Assembly (NCBI GenBank): GCA_963729625.1
Contig: CAVSOU010000017.1
Coordinates: forward strand, 160,001 to 224,000
DNA length: 64,000 bases
DNA from: an uncultured bacterium
GTDB lineage: Bacteria > Chloroflexota > UBA5177 > JANWHV01
Direction: 5' to 3'
Below the pieces are notes generated by a model. That model saw nothing but the letters and a program-made list of their open reading frames with translations. It searched no databases and was not told where the DNA came from. How positions within the stretch are numbered: the first letter of the stretch is position 1; every line of letters begins with the position of its first letter. Position numbers and translations under genes: made by a program. Positions 9,981-18,679 of the stretch are shown here, piece after piece.

Positions 9981-10304
9981 GTCTTTCACCTCCTCTCACC
10001 AGTCTACGGCCTATTGCACGCGCGCGTGCCGCCGCTCTCACCAAAGAGGCGGCATAGCCCCACATTGCGAAGAGTGTCCTTCCGCTTCGAAGCGGCCGTA
10101 AGGAGGCACATCGACTGATCCAACCCACCAGACCCCTCCCCTGGTCGGCTTTATCCAGCCCGCCCTGTGCACACGGCATGTACGCACGTCTACCGCTCCA
10201 CCGACCCCAAAGTTGCACATTTGCAACGCCAGGGGCCGCTGACTGCCCCAGTTCGTTATGCCTGTGTATACTTATGCATAGCCTGGTGACTGGTCGCGCA
10301 GGTA

Positions 10305-10333
10305 TTGACGAAAACGCAATGGGCCGTTATGCT
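10305..10333 (+). promoter_or_regulatory. Sigma70-type promoter of the XRE-rep operon
   Basis: TTGACG-N17-TATGCT ending 33 bp before the XRE start; inverted repeat GTTGCA-N4-TGCAAC at 10212-10227 further upstream. Confidence 0.65.
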
Positions 10334-10366
10334 ACTCCGCAATGAGGCAGGCCGGAGAGGGGGCGG

Positions 10367-10762
10367 ATGCACGAGTCGAAGTCCTTCGGTGTGTTGCTTC
10401 AGGACTTCCGCGCGAGGCTCGGTATGGCCCAGAACGCGCTGGCGCGGGCGTCCGGCATCAACGTCGGCACGGTCAACCGCATCGAGCGCGACCAGCGGCT
10501 TCCGGCCGGCCGGGATCAGGCGTTGGCCCTTGCGCGTGCGCTGGGTCTGGATATGGCCCAAACGAATCAGCTGCTCCATGCCGCCGGGCTCCCTGCGGAG
10601 GGCTTTGGTCCAGCGATCACGAGCGATCCACGGATGTGCCGGCTGGCGCTGGTGTTGCAGGATCCGTTCTTGCCATCAGCGGTGCGCGAGGAGTTGATTG
10701 CCGTCATCGATCATGCGGTGCTTCTGGCCACGCACGACCGCGGCCATGCGGCTGGCGCCTGA
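10367..10762 (+). CDS. XRE-family HTH transcriptional regulator
   Basis: FGVLLQDFRARLGMAQNALARASGINVGTVNRIERDQRLP...LARALGL; stop is 1 bp before the rep start (TGA-C-ATG). Confidence 0.88.
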   Translation: MHESKSFGVLLQDFRARLGMAQNALARASGINVGTVNRIERDQRLPAGRDQALALARALGLDMAQTNQLLHAAGLPAEGFGPAITSDPRMCRLALVLQDPFLPSAVREELIAVIDHAVLLATHDRGHAAGA

Positions 10763-10763
10763 C

Positions 10764-11702
10764 ATGCCGCGAGGCGACGACTTCTCTTCCGGACCATACG
10801 ATCTGAGCGTGCCACCAGACTGGAGCGCGTTTCCCGGGCTATATCCTCCGCTGTATACGCAGACGCCCGACGTCTTCTTTGACTGGGTGGCCCCGTTCTT
10901 GCCGGAGATCGAGCTTCGCGTCCTGCTCTACCTCATCCGCCGCACGCTGGGCTTCAAGAAGCAGGGTGACCAGATAACCATCGACCAGATTGCCGGCGGC
11001 ATCGTTACCCGCGAGGGAGTGCGCCTGGACTGGGGCGCACAGCTCGGCGAGCGCAGCGTGCAGCGTGCGCTCGCCGGCCTGGAAGGCAAGGGACTGATCG
11101 AGCGGCACAAGCAGCTGGACCCAGATCGGGGGTGGCGGCCCAGCTACATCCGCCTGAGACTCTGCAACGAGGCCGGACAGGACTGGCAGACGCGACCGCA
11201 CCAGTCGGGCCCACCTGTCTCCCCAGGCACCAGGGAGGTGTCCAGCAAGTCACCTGCCACTCGTCGCGCCAGACACCAGACTGGTGTCCCGCTGGGCGTC
11301 TCCGTCTCTCAGACAGCAGATGTCAGCAAGGACACCTACAAGATAGAGAGATCTCTCTATACAGATCAGCAAGAAACAGTAGCGCCCGACCCCTCACAAG
11401 AGAAAGCAGATCGAGGGCTTGATGTGGCGTATAGTGCAATCTGGGACAGCATTAAGAGTGAGCTGGCTACGATCCTAGCGCCTTCGGTCTACCAGAGCCG
11501 CGTGGCCCCGACGTACCAGCGAGGTTCCGACGAAGCCGGGAGGATTGTGGTGCAGTGCCCGGACGGAGCCACAGGTCGGTGGCTGGAGCGCCAGCTCGGC
11601 CGGACGATTCGGGAAATTCTCCACACGCTCTCCGGAGGATCGTGTGCGATCAGCTTTACTGCAGAGAGTAACTCACAGATTCCCGATCAAGGGCATAGCT
11701 GA
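10764..11702 (+). CDS. Putative replication initiator: lambda-O-like winged-helix N-terminus plus C-terminal DnaA domain I
   Basis: YTQTPDVFFD...ELRVLLYLIRRTLGFKKQGDQITIDQI...SVQRALAGLEGKGLI (phage replication protein O-type), a polar linker, then IWDSIKSELATILAPSVYQSRVAPT...IVVQCPDGATGRWLERQLGRTIREIL (DnaA_N pattern). Confidence 0.8.
   Translation: MPRGDDFSSGPYDLSVPPDWSAFPGLYPPLYTQTPDVFFDWVAPFLPEIELRVLLYLIRRTLGFKKQGDQITIDQIAGGIVTREGVRLDWGAQLGERSVQRALAGLEGKGLIERHKQLDPDRGWRPSYIRLRLCNEAGQDWQTRPHQSGPPVSPGTREVSSKSPATRRARHQTGVPLGVSVSQTADVSKDTYKIERSLYTDQQETVAPDPSQEKADRGLDVAYSAIWDSIKSELATILAPSVYQSRVAPTYQRGSDEAGRIVVQCPDGATGRWLERQLGRTIREILHTLSGGSCAISFTAESNSQIPDQGHS
11213..11337. repeat. Iteron-like array of degenerate palindromes (consensus WGGTGTC-N6-GACACCW) inside rep
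   Basis: Copies start at 11213, 11236, 11259 and 11282 (exact 23-bp period), then 11300 (N5 spacer) and 11318; followed by the perfect palindrome ATAGAGAGATCTCTCTAT at 11343-11360. Confidence 0.7.
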
Positions 11703-11976
11703 ACTCAGCGGAGTGGGCAAGCCGAGCAAGCGAAGCTATCAACAAGGACCACGGCCGTACCGGGGCCGCGAAACGCGTAAACGGGGCAGTCACAGCGGAT
11801 AGTCGCGTTCGACGTGCGTCCGTAAAGACCCACGGCACCCGAGGAAGGAGAACCATTGTGCTGGGGCCGTGAATATCTTGCTGTCCGGATGCAGATAGGA
11901 CGCCATGGCGGTGTCGCGCGAGTGACCCTGTCGGCTTGGAGGTATGTAGTCGGGAAGGACGCGCGAGGTGGGCGGC

Positions 11977-12861
11977 CTAACCTCCGTGGGGCTCGACGGG
12001 GAGATCTGCCTGGGCGCCCCACTCGTTCCAGCTGCCGTCGTAGTTGGTCAGGTGGGTATAGCCGACCAGACTGAGGGCGAAGAGCACACTGGTGGCGGCC
12101 ACGCCCCCATTGCAATAGGCGATTATCTGCTGGTCGGGCAGCAGTCCGGCCGCGGTCGCGGCGTGCAGTAGCTCGGTGTTGGAGCGGAAGCGCCCGCTGT
12201 CATCCAGGAAGATCTCGCGCGGCAGATTGACGGCGCCGGGGATATGCCCGCCACGCGGTCCACGCTGCACGGCGTTGGTATACTGGGCCTCGTCGCGGGC
12301 GTCTGCCAAGCGAATATCTGGCCGGCCAAGAGCGGCCAGGACCTGCTGGGCAGTGGCACGCCACTGTGGGCGCGTGCGGGGAGTGAATGCGGCTGCGGGG
12401 TAGAGCGGGACGGCCGTGGTTACAGGCCTGCCCTCGCGTTGCCAGCGCGGCCAGCCACCATCGAGGACACGGACGTTGTCGTGGCCATAGTAGCGGAGGA
12501 CCCACCAGAGACGGGTAGCAAACTGGCTGGCAGGGTGGTCATCGTAAGCGACAACGGTCGTCGCGTCGCCGATGCCAACGCCGCCGAGAATCGTGGCCAA
12601 ACGGGCAGGCGGCGCCACCTGCGCGGGAACAGGGTCGTCGAGATCGACGATGTCCTTGGTCCAGTCGAGGTAAACAGCCCCTGGGATATGCGCCGCAGCG
12701 TAGGCATCAGGCAGGCCGAGATACGTAGCATGCTGCATGCGGCCGTCAGTGGTGCTGCGGACCACGCCGCGCATGTCTACGATGCGGATGTCGGGGTTTT
12801 CGAGATGCGCGGCCAGCCACTCAGGGTCTGCTAACCAGGCATCGCGGCCTTCCTGTACCAT
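11977..12861 (-). CDS. Tandem-domain rhodanese / sulfurtransferase (SseA-like)
   Basis: HIPGAV twice, RLWWVLRYYGH, LDGG, active-site YCNGGVAA, NYDGSWNEW. Confidence 0.93.
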   Translation of the reverse strand: MVQEGRDAWLADPEWLAAHLENPDIRIVDMRGVVRSTTDGRMQHATYLGLPDAYAAAHIPGAVYLDWTKDIVDLDDPVPAQVAPPARLATILGGVGIGDATTVVAYDDHPASQFATRLWWVLRYYGHDNVRVLDGGWPRWQREGRPVTTAVPLYPAAAFTPRTRPQWRATAQQVLAALGRPDIRLADARDEAQYTNAVQRGPRGGHIPGAVNLPREIFLDDSGRFRSNTELLHAATAAGLLPDQQIIAYCNGGVAATSVLFALSLVGYTHLTNYDGSWNEWGAQADLPVEPHGG

Positions 12862-13169
12862 GTACCTCTCCAATCGTCATATCCGGCTAGTTGTGCGGCG
12901 CGGTTCGGCTATGCAAGCCGGGGGAGCCGCCTTGGTAGGCAGTCTACCAAGCGTCCGTGCTCTTTGGAGACGGGATTGCGATCACTCCGGCAACACGACG
13001 TCCTGCACGCTAGCGGTGACCTCTGAGGGTATCTGTTGTGCCTGTGTTTCAGGAGCCCAGAGCGCTTGGTATTGTCGCAGTAGAGGCGTGAGCGGGTACG
13101 ATGAGGAGAAATGAGCACAGCGCACGTTTGCACGGCCTCGGCAACACCCAGATCCTTCAGGAGTTCTAG

Positions 13170-14117
13170 ATGCCGGTAAAGATCCCCGATTCGCTCCCAG
13201 CCATGGGCATTCTCGAAAGCGAAAACATCTTCGTGATGGGCGAGAACCGTGCGGTGCATCAGGACATCCGCGCGATCAAGATCGCCATATTGAACCTGAT
13301 GCCCACCAAGATCGTGACCGAGACACAGATTCTGCGTCTGCTCGGTAATTCGCCGATCCAGGTGGAGATAGAGCTCGTGCATATGGAAAGTCACGAATCG
13401 AAGAACACGCCCGTGGAGCACCTGTTGAGGCATTATTCCACGTTCAGCGAGATTCGGGACAACAACTACGACGGACTGATAATCACCGGCGCACCCGTGG
13501 AAACCCTAGCCTTCGAGGAGGTTGATTATTGGGATGAGCTCAAGAGCGTCATGGACTGGGCGCAAACGCACGTGTATTCGACGTTCTACATCTGCTGGGG
13601 CGCTCAGGCCGGCCTTTACCATTACTACGGCATCCCAAAGTACCCTCTTTCCAAGAAGATGTTCGGCGTGTTTCCCCACCACGTTCACGTGCGCTTCGAG
13701 CGGCTAGTACGCGGCTTCGACGATGTGTTTTACGCGCCACACTCGCGCCACACCGAGGTACGGCGAGAGGATATTCTCGCAGTGCCCGACCTCGTCCTGC
13801 TTTCGGAATCCGACGAGGCCGGTGTCTACATCGTGCTCTCTGCCGATCGCCGGCATATCTTTGTGACCGGCCACTCGGAGTACGATCCCCTGACGCTGCG
13901 CGGTGAGTACCTGCGAGACGTACGCAATGGGCTACCGATCGAGGTGCCGCGGAACTACTTCCCCGCAGACGATCCGTCACGGGAACCTCTGGTGCGCTGG
14001 CGCGGGCACTCCAACCTGCTCTACTCCAACTGGCTGAACTACTATGTCTATCAGCAGACACCCTACGATCTCAGTGAGATCCCGGCAAGCCACGGCGGCG
14101 TCCGGTCGGATCCCTGA
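13170..14117 (+). CDS. metA: Homoserine O-acyltransferase (MetA family; probably acetyl-CoA specific)
   Basis: [24 protein letters not shown] (Glu at the specificity position), [35 protein letters not shown]. Confidence 0.96.
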   Translation: MPVKIPDSLPAMGILESENIFVMGENRAVHQDIRAIKIAILNLMPTKIVTETQILRLLGNSPIQVEIELVHMESHESKNTPVEHLLRHYSTFSEIRDNNYDGLIITGAPVETLAFEEVDYWDELKSVMDWAQTHVYSTFYICWGAQAGLYHYYGIPKYPLSKKMFGVFPHHVHVRFERLVRGFDDVFYAPHSRHTEVRREDILAVPDLVLLSESDEAGVYIVLSADRRHIFVTGHSEYDPLTLRGEYLRDVRNGLPIEVPRNYFPADDPSREPLVRWRGHSNLLYSNWLNYYVYQQTPYDLSEIPASHGGVRSDP

Positions 14118-14344
14118 GGCGGACTTCACGCGTGTCACGGCCGTAGAGCAGAGCGCCGGAGGCCACGTCGCGGACCGCGATCGAGATCTGGTAATGCCCA
14201 AGGCTAAAAACCGGCACGGCGATAACAATCACGCTCGCCATACTGCCGCCACCGCGGATCCGCGGCCCGGAGCTGGCACATAAACCTGGTGCGCAAACGA
14301 CAGAGACGGTTGCCAGTACGGATAGAGTTGGCACGAGAGCGCAC

Positions 14345-14372
14345 TCTCAGACATTTCTTATTTGATTCTTAC
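14345..14372 (+). promoter_or_regulatory. Three 11-bp-spaced direct repeats (OmpR/MprA-type box candidate)
   Basis: TCTCAG-N5-TCTTAT-N5-TCTTAC upstream of the secreted-protein gene. Confidence 0.45.
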
Positions 14373-14553
14373 CCGCGCCTTGGCGCGCTATTGTTTGCCT
14401 ATTAGCATCGCGGCTTAGCCTGATTGCAGGCGGTACCAGGCTGGGCAACAATCCCAGCAAGTTAAGCCATCGCACTCCAACGACGTAGCTGCGGCCATGA
14501 AGCGCGAGCACGAAAACAAGAGATTTCCGAACGCGCGAAGAAAGGACAGGACG

Positions 14554-16075
14554 ATGAGAATGAATAAGAGAGCAGTACGCAAGCTGGCGATGATTGCACT
14601 GGTCGGAGGCGTTGCTACTGCCGGCACGGCCACGTTCGCGGCGACACAGGGAACGAGCAGGGCAGCTGGAGTGGCGAATACAGGGGCAAGCGCGGCGGTC
14701 ACTCCCACGGCGCAGGTGGGAGGTGCCCCGCCCGGGGGAGGAACGCCGCCGGCGGGTGGCGCACCCCCATCCGGTACGCCGCCGGCAGGAGCGCCGCCGG
14801 CGGGAGCGCCGCCGGCGGGTGGACCTTCGGGCGCGCTACCTGGAGGCGGGGCGCCAGGCGCGTCGAGTCAGAAGCAGCTTGGCACCGGGAGCTACACGGT
14901 GAAAGGCGGCTCCGTCAGCAAGGCCAACCGGTCGTATAGCGCGTCGGGCGTCGACCAATCCGCGATCCTCGTCGCCAACGGCGGCACGCTCAGGCTGATT
15001 AACGCCACGATCAAGACAACCGGCAAGTCGTCCTCATCCGATAGCAGTAGCTTTTACGGCCTCAACGCCGGCGTGCTGGCCCATTCCACGGGTAAGGTGA
15101 TGCTGTCTGGCAGCTCGATCAGCACTACTGGCGCGGGCGCCAACGGGCTGTTTCGCCTACGGGAGCGGGGCATCAGCCTCGATGTCGAACAGCAGCATTA
15201 CAGCTACGGGCCAGTATGCGCACGGCGTGATGGCCAGTGGTGGCGGCACGCTATCCATCTCCAATGTCACGATCAAGACGGCGGGCGGTAGCGCCGCCGC
15301 CGTCGCCACGGACCGGGGCGGCGGCACGATCAGGGTCAAGGGCGGCACCATGATCACATCCGGATCCGGCTCGCCCGGTGTCTACTCCACCGGCAAGATC
15401 ACCGTCTCAGGCGCCAAGATGACGGCTACAGGGTCGGAAGCCGCGGTGATCGAGGGAAGCAACTCAATCAGTCTGACCAATAGCGATCTCACCGGCTCGA
15501 AGCTCTGGGGAGTGATGATCTATCAGAGCTTCTCGGGTGACGCACAAGGCGCGAACGGCGTCTTTACAATGACCGGCGGCTCGTTGACGGCGCTTACCGG
15601 GCCCTTGTTCCACGTGACCAACTCGACGGCAGTGATCACGCTGAAGGGCGTGAAGCTCAGCGCTGTGTCCGGCACGCTGGTGAATGTGAGCGCGGATCGC
15701 TGGGGCACGGCAGGGTCGAACGGCGGCACGGCAAACCTCACCGCCGATCACCAGACGCTAACCGGCGACATCGTCGCCGACCGCTATAGCGCGGTCTCGA
15801 TCGCGCTGAAGAACGGATCGGTGCTGACCGGCGCCATCAACGCGGGCAGGACGGCCAAGGCGGCTGCTCTCACCCTGGACGCGTTCAGCACGTGGAAGGT
15901 GACGGCTGACTCCACGCTCACCAGCCTCACCGGGGCCAAGATCTCCGGCTCCACGCTCACCAACATCGTGGGCAACGGTCACACGGTGAGCTACCAGAAG
16001 AGCCTCGCCACGAACGCGTGGCTAGGCGGCAAGACTTACACCCTGGCGAACGGCGGGAAGCTCGTCGCCATCTGA
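14554..16075 (+). pseudogene. Secreted Gly/Ser/Thr-rich beta-helix-like protein with a Pro/Gly linker; one +1 frameshift (real or sequencing error)
   Basis: Signal-peptide-like N-terminus, (A/G)GAPP repeats and adhesin-like repeats (ITATGQYAHGVMASGGG, AAVATDRGGG). Removing one T from TTT at 15151-15153 joins ORF 14497-15291 to ORF 15182-16075 (GANGLFAYGSGAS). Confidence 0.8.
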
Positions 16076-16085
16076 TAGCGCTCAC

Positions 16086-16145
16086 CGAGGAAGTGGATAC
16101 ACCCGGGCCTGTCGATCGACAGGCCCGGGTGTATCCACTTCCTCG
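16086..16145. repeat. Perfect 60-bp spacer-less palindrome
   Basis: CGAGGAAGTGGATACACCCGGGCCTGTCGA|TCGACAGGCCCGGGTGTATCCACTTCCTCG, starting 10 bp after the stop at 16075. Confidence 0.95.
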
Positions 16146-16391
16146 ACGATCACCGCAACTCACTTAAGCGCGGGCCTCCCGTTCCCTCAAGCGGCCATGC
16201 TATCCTGCATCTGTAGAAGAGCTCGACGTCTCGACGCAGGAGCCCGGGCCTACGCGCGACGCAATTGTCCGGCCGGCGACGAAAGCCGCACTATAGAGGG
16301 TCAGCCCGGGCAGCGCCGATTCTGGGGCGACACCACCATCATGCGCGGCGCAATGAGCCGCGGACCATATACTCGTACGGGAGGAATTGGC

Positions 16392-17315
16392 ATGGCTGAG
16401 CATGACTCGAGGCTCTTCGAGATTCTGGATGAGCGGTTCGCGCGCTGTTTCAACGGCAATGCCCGTCTCGAGCAGCTCTATACCGGTTGCCGTTGGGCGG
16501 AAGGACCAGCCTACTTTCCTGCCGGTCGCTATCTGGTGTGGAGCGATATCCCCAACGACCGCATGCTGCGTTGGGACGACGCGACCGGCACGGTGGGAGT
16601 ATTCCGCCACCCGGCGGGCTATTCCAACGGCAATACCGTCGATCGTGCCGGCCGCCTGGTCACGTGCGAGCATGGTAATCGCCGCGTCACGCGCACGGAG
16701 CACGACGGCACGATCACCGTAGTCGCGGACCGGTGCGAAGGCAAGCGCTTGAACAGCCCGAACGACGTAGTCGTGAAGTCCGATGGCTCGATCTGGTTCA
16801 CCGACCCACCCTACGGAATCGAGACGGACCTGGAAGGGCACCGGGCAGAGAGCGAGGCCGGGGCCAACCATGTCTATCGGGTCGACCCGCATACCGGCGC
16901 CTGCCGTATTGCCGCGAGCGACTTCGATCGACCCAACGGCCTGGCCTTCTCGCCGGACGAGCGCCTCCTCTACGTCTCGGACACGGGCGTCTCGCACACG
17001 CCCGGCGGCCCACGCCACATCCGCGTCTTCGACGTGGCCGAAGACGGCAAGCTTTCCGGCGGCCACGTGTTCGCCACCTGCACTGCCGGCCTTTTCGACG
17101 GCTTTCGGCTGGACGAAGCAGGGCGGATCTGGACGAGCGCGGACGATGGAGTGCATTGCTATGACGCGGACGGCAGCCTGATAGGCAAGATCCACGTGCC
17201 CGAAACCGTGGCCAATGTGGTATTCGGCTGGCCGAAACGCAACCGCCTCTTCATTTGCGGCACCACGTCGATCTACGCGATCCTGCTCCCGGTCAACGGG
17301 GCGCGCACATTCTGA
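16392..17315 (+). CDS. SMP-30/gluconolactonase family sugar lactonase
   Basis: WAEGPAY, WSDIPNDR, NSPNDVVV, FTDPPYG, RPNGLAFSPDE, DGFRLD. Confidence 0.95.
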   Translation: MAEHDSRLFEILDERFARCFNGNARLEQLYTGCRWAEGPAYFPAGRYLVWSDIPNDRMLRWDDATGTVGVFRHPAGYSNGNTVDRAGRLVTCEHGNRRVTRTEHDGTITVVADRCEGKRLNSPNDVVVKSDGSIWFTDPPYGIETDLEGHRAESEAGANHVYRVDPHTGACRIAASDFDRPNGLAFSPDERLLYVSDTGVSHTPGGPRHIRVFDVAEDGKLSGGHVFATCTAGLFDGFRLDEAGRIWTSADDGVHCYDADGSLIGKIHVPETVANVVFGWPKRNRLFICGTTSIYAILLPVNGARTF

Positions 17316-17369
17316 GACTGCGGCTCTAAGCTCGCGTCATCTTTGCTGTCGGCACACCGGACTCAAGGC

Positions 17370-18230
17370 CTATGACGGCACGAAAGGGAACAGCCGCCGT
17401 CGCAACTCCTGTGTAAGCGGCGCACCGTACTCGCATGTCTCGAATGCCTCGGCATGCTGAACATGCTCGCCGCGCGTCGTGCCATACACGCCTATCAGCT
17501 GGGATCGGTAGCGCTCCGCGACAGCCGCGAACGTCGGGGCGTACGTGGCACTCAGCCATGCCCGGCGCTGCGCCTGGTCGCTCGGGACGCTGGGCAACTG
17601 CCCGCTGGTATACGGCAGCCATTCATACATCTGTGAGGCGTGCTGATGCAACATTTCCAGCTTGAGGGAGAGCACGGCATCGATGTCGATGACGACGTCC
17701 GGCGTGAACGGATAAGGGCGGCGAAACAGATCGCCCATATAGGCAATGACTGGATTGTGGAACAGGGCGGGAGTGAGTCCTACGAGCTCCGGTACCGTGA
17801 CCAAATACGCGGCGTCCTGGACGAGCATCGCCGTGTAGCGGTGGTCAGGGTGGTAATCATAAGGTCGGTGCGTCAGCACAAGGTCCGGACGCGCCTGGCG
17901 CATGAGATCGATCACGATGCGGCGATTGGCTAAACTGGGCTCGATCGCGCCATCGTGGGTATCCAGCACCGTGTACTGAATGCCGAGGACGGCAGCGGCG
18001 CGCCGCGCCTCCTCCAGACGCCGTCGTGCCAGGACTGCCCCTCCCATGGCGTAGTGCCCTGCATCGCCATTGGAAAGAGATACGAACTGCACGCGATGGC
18101 CTGCACGCACGCACAGCGCTGCCAATCCCCCGGCCCCTTCGTCCGCGTCATCCGGGTGCGCACCGATCACCAAGATTACCACGGGCTGCAGTGCAGGGTT
18201 ATCGGCGGCCTCGTTTTGGTCGTCAGGCAT
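17370..18230 (-). CDS. PIG-L/LmbE family deacetylase
   Basis: IGAHPDDAD, SNGDAGH, RRLEEARRAA, DYHPDHRY. Confidence 0.92.
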   Translation of the reverse strand: MPDDQNEAADNPALQPVVILVIGAHPDDADEGAGGLAALCVRAGHRVQFVSLSNGDAGHYAMGGAVLARRRLEEARRAAAVLGIQYTVLDTHDGAIEPSLANRRIVIDLMRQARPDLVLTHRPYDYHPDHRYTAMLVQDAAYLVTVPELVGLTPALFHNPVIAYMGDLFRRPYPFTPDVVIDIDAVLSLKLEMLHQHASQMYEWLPYTSGQLPSVPSDQAQRRAWLSATYAPTFAAVAERYRSQLIGVYGTTRGEHVQHAEAFETCEYGAPLTQELRRRLFPFVPS

Positions 18231-18679
18231 TGTCTCAGTCTCCTGGTGCATCGAGCCAAACATCCAGACTTGGCTCACACCGAACAGTGCTTGAACCGCG
18301 GGAGAATGTCGCGATTTTGGGCGAGCATCTCGTGAGCCATCGTTCGGTCCCTCTTCCATCGCGGCCTATCATGTTGCAGCGGCCGGCATCGCGAGAACCA
18401 TATGCAGCAGAGTGCCGATCAAACGCACCCACGACTGGGCGCCCGTACTCAGGAGGTTAGCCCGGAATACGTCTGCAACGTAGCATACTCTTGCCCCCGG
18501 TAGCAGCGAGCGTCGGTGTAACGGCGCGTGAGTCGCGCTTTGCACCGCCCCCCACTCTTGCTGAATACTCAGTTACGAGCGAGCAATCGCTAACAAGTGA
18601 AACCAGGCATGCGCGAGGGCAGTGACAGCTATGTCACAAGCGCCGCGGCTGCCTTCATCGGGCGATAGAGGAGACAGCA

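Noticed and set aside
8000-12000. Intact prophage or integrative element around rep
   Set aside because: No integrase, att-like direct repeats, tRNA, structural or conjugation genes seen in the window.
12862-13169. Possible SAM riboswitch or T-box upstream of metA
   Set aside because: No SAM-I core or T-box motif recognised by eye; an Rfam scan would be needed to exclude other classes.
16131-16139. GTATCCACT in the palindrome arms as DnaA boxes
   Set aside because: Only 7/9 match to TTATCCACA, and no DnaA-box cluster was seen here or near the DnaA-domain genes; compatible with chance.
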